From Camelus ferus (lineage: Eukaryota), in NCBI RefSeq assembly GCF_009834535.1, contig NC_045697.1, positions 73,720,001-73,784,000 of the forward strand: DNA of 64,000 nucleotides, read 5' to 3'. Each line of letters starts with the position of its first letter. Position 1 is the first letter of the stretch. The position numbers and the translations under genes were made by a program. Below the pieces are notes generated by a model. It did no database searches. It saw nothing but the letters and a program-made list of their open reading frames with translations, and was not told where the DNA came from. Below are positions 63,440-64,000 of this stretch, one piece after another.

Positions 63440-63900
63440 TACGGCCTCATAATCTCTCTCCGCGGGGCACTCTGTAGCCAAGCAGTAAGCTTACGTGATG
63501 AACGGGGTGTGTAAAGAGACCCGGAGACCAGTCCAGGGAAGGGAAATCCCTCCCCTTTTGTCCTCAGTTCAACTCCCAAGATCCCCAGCCTCCCCGTGTG
63601 AGTCACACTGCAATTGCCCACGATACGCATCTGCCCGGATGCCCTCTGCTTCAGCGGGGAATTTCAAGCTCCCGCCTGCCTGTAATAAGGGGGAAAATCA
63701 GCGCAGCAATGTGACCGGATGCTGAAAAGCTGGCAGCCAGAGAAAACAGTAGTGCATTTGGCTAATTTCCTTTCGCAGGGCTTTTTACTGTAAAGAAAAT
63801 TGGCCTCCATGGAGTAAGAGAAATTCAACTTTTGCCTCCCTTTCTTGAATCTGATCTCTTTGTTTCCATTTTAATAGGTCGTGGGAAGTTTCCTGTGAAT
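63440..63900. promoter_or_regulatory. CpG-enriched candidate enhancer/promoter with NF-kB, AP-1 and GC-box motifs
   Basis: GGGAAATCCC 63541-63550, TGAGTCA 63599-63605, GGGGAATTTC near 63657, CCCGCC 63671-63676, GGGAAGTTTCC 63883-63893; about 14 CpGs in 63440-63720. Confidence 0.5.
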
Positions 63901-64000
63901 ATGTAAACAAGCTTTGTGTTTATTTTAATCACTTTTTCCTCCTGTTTCCAGGCTCCGGACAACACCCCTGGCCCTCACTTGAATCCTGGTGGTTAGAGTA

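Noticed and set aside
1..64000. CRISPR array, prokaryotic operon or defence system; naming the neighbouring gene
   Set aside because: Sequence is mammalian with no regularly spaced repeats or dense coding, and no exon is recognisable enough to name the locus.

Overview
This is mammalian, AT-rich, essentially non-coding DNA (intergenic or deep intronic). The lineage is most likely camelid (camel/llama/alpaca), inferred from ten tRNA-Ala-derived SINEs of the vic-1 type. No intact protein-coding gene, real tRNA/rRNA gene or CRISPR array is supported. The only ORF-track peptides I can place in a family are decayed retroelement fragments: LINE-1 ORF2 at 12.4-13.9 kb (+) and 37.7-38.6 kb (-), and ERVL-type integrase and gag remnants at 29.5 and 46.4 kb. 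Much of the window is layered transposon debris (L1 of several ages, L2, MIR, MLT1, MER21, LTR16/33-like, hAT MITEs); subfamily names come from remembered consensus motifs and need RepeatMasker/Dfam confirmation. The most interesting points are: a CpG-enriched NF-kB/AP-1/GC-box cluster at the right edge; two repeat-free enhancer-like blocks (~34 kb, ~49 kb); a tailed ERV-LTR retrocopy nested in an L1 5'UTR; two tail-to-tail L1s sharing one target site plus a fold-back hairpin; a tail-less L1 RT fragment with a templated junction; and pairwise clustering of the SINEs. I did not find evidence for a genuinely new biological system.
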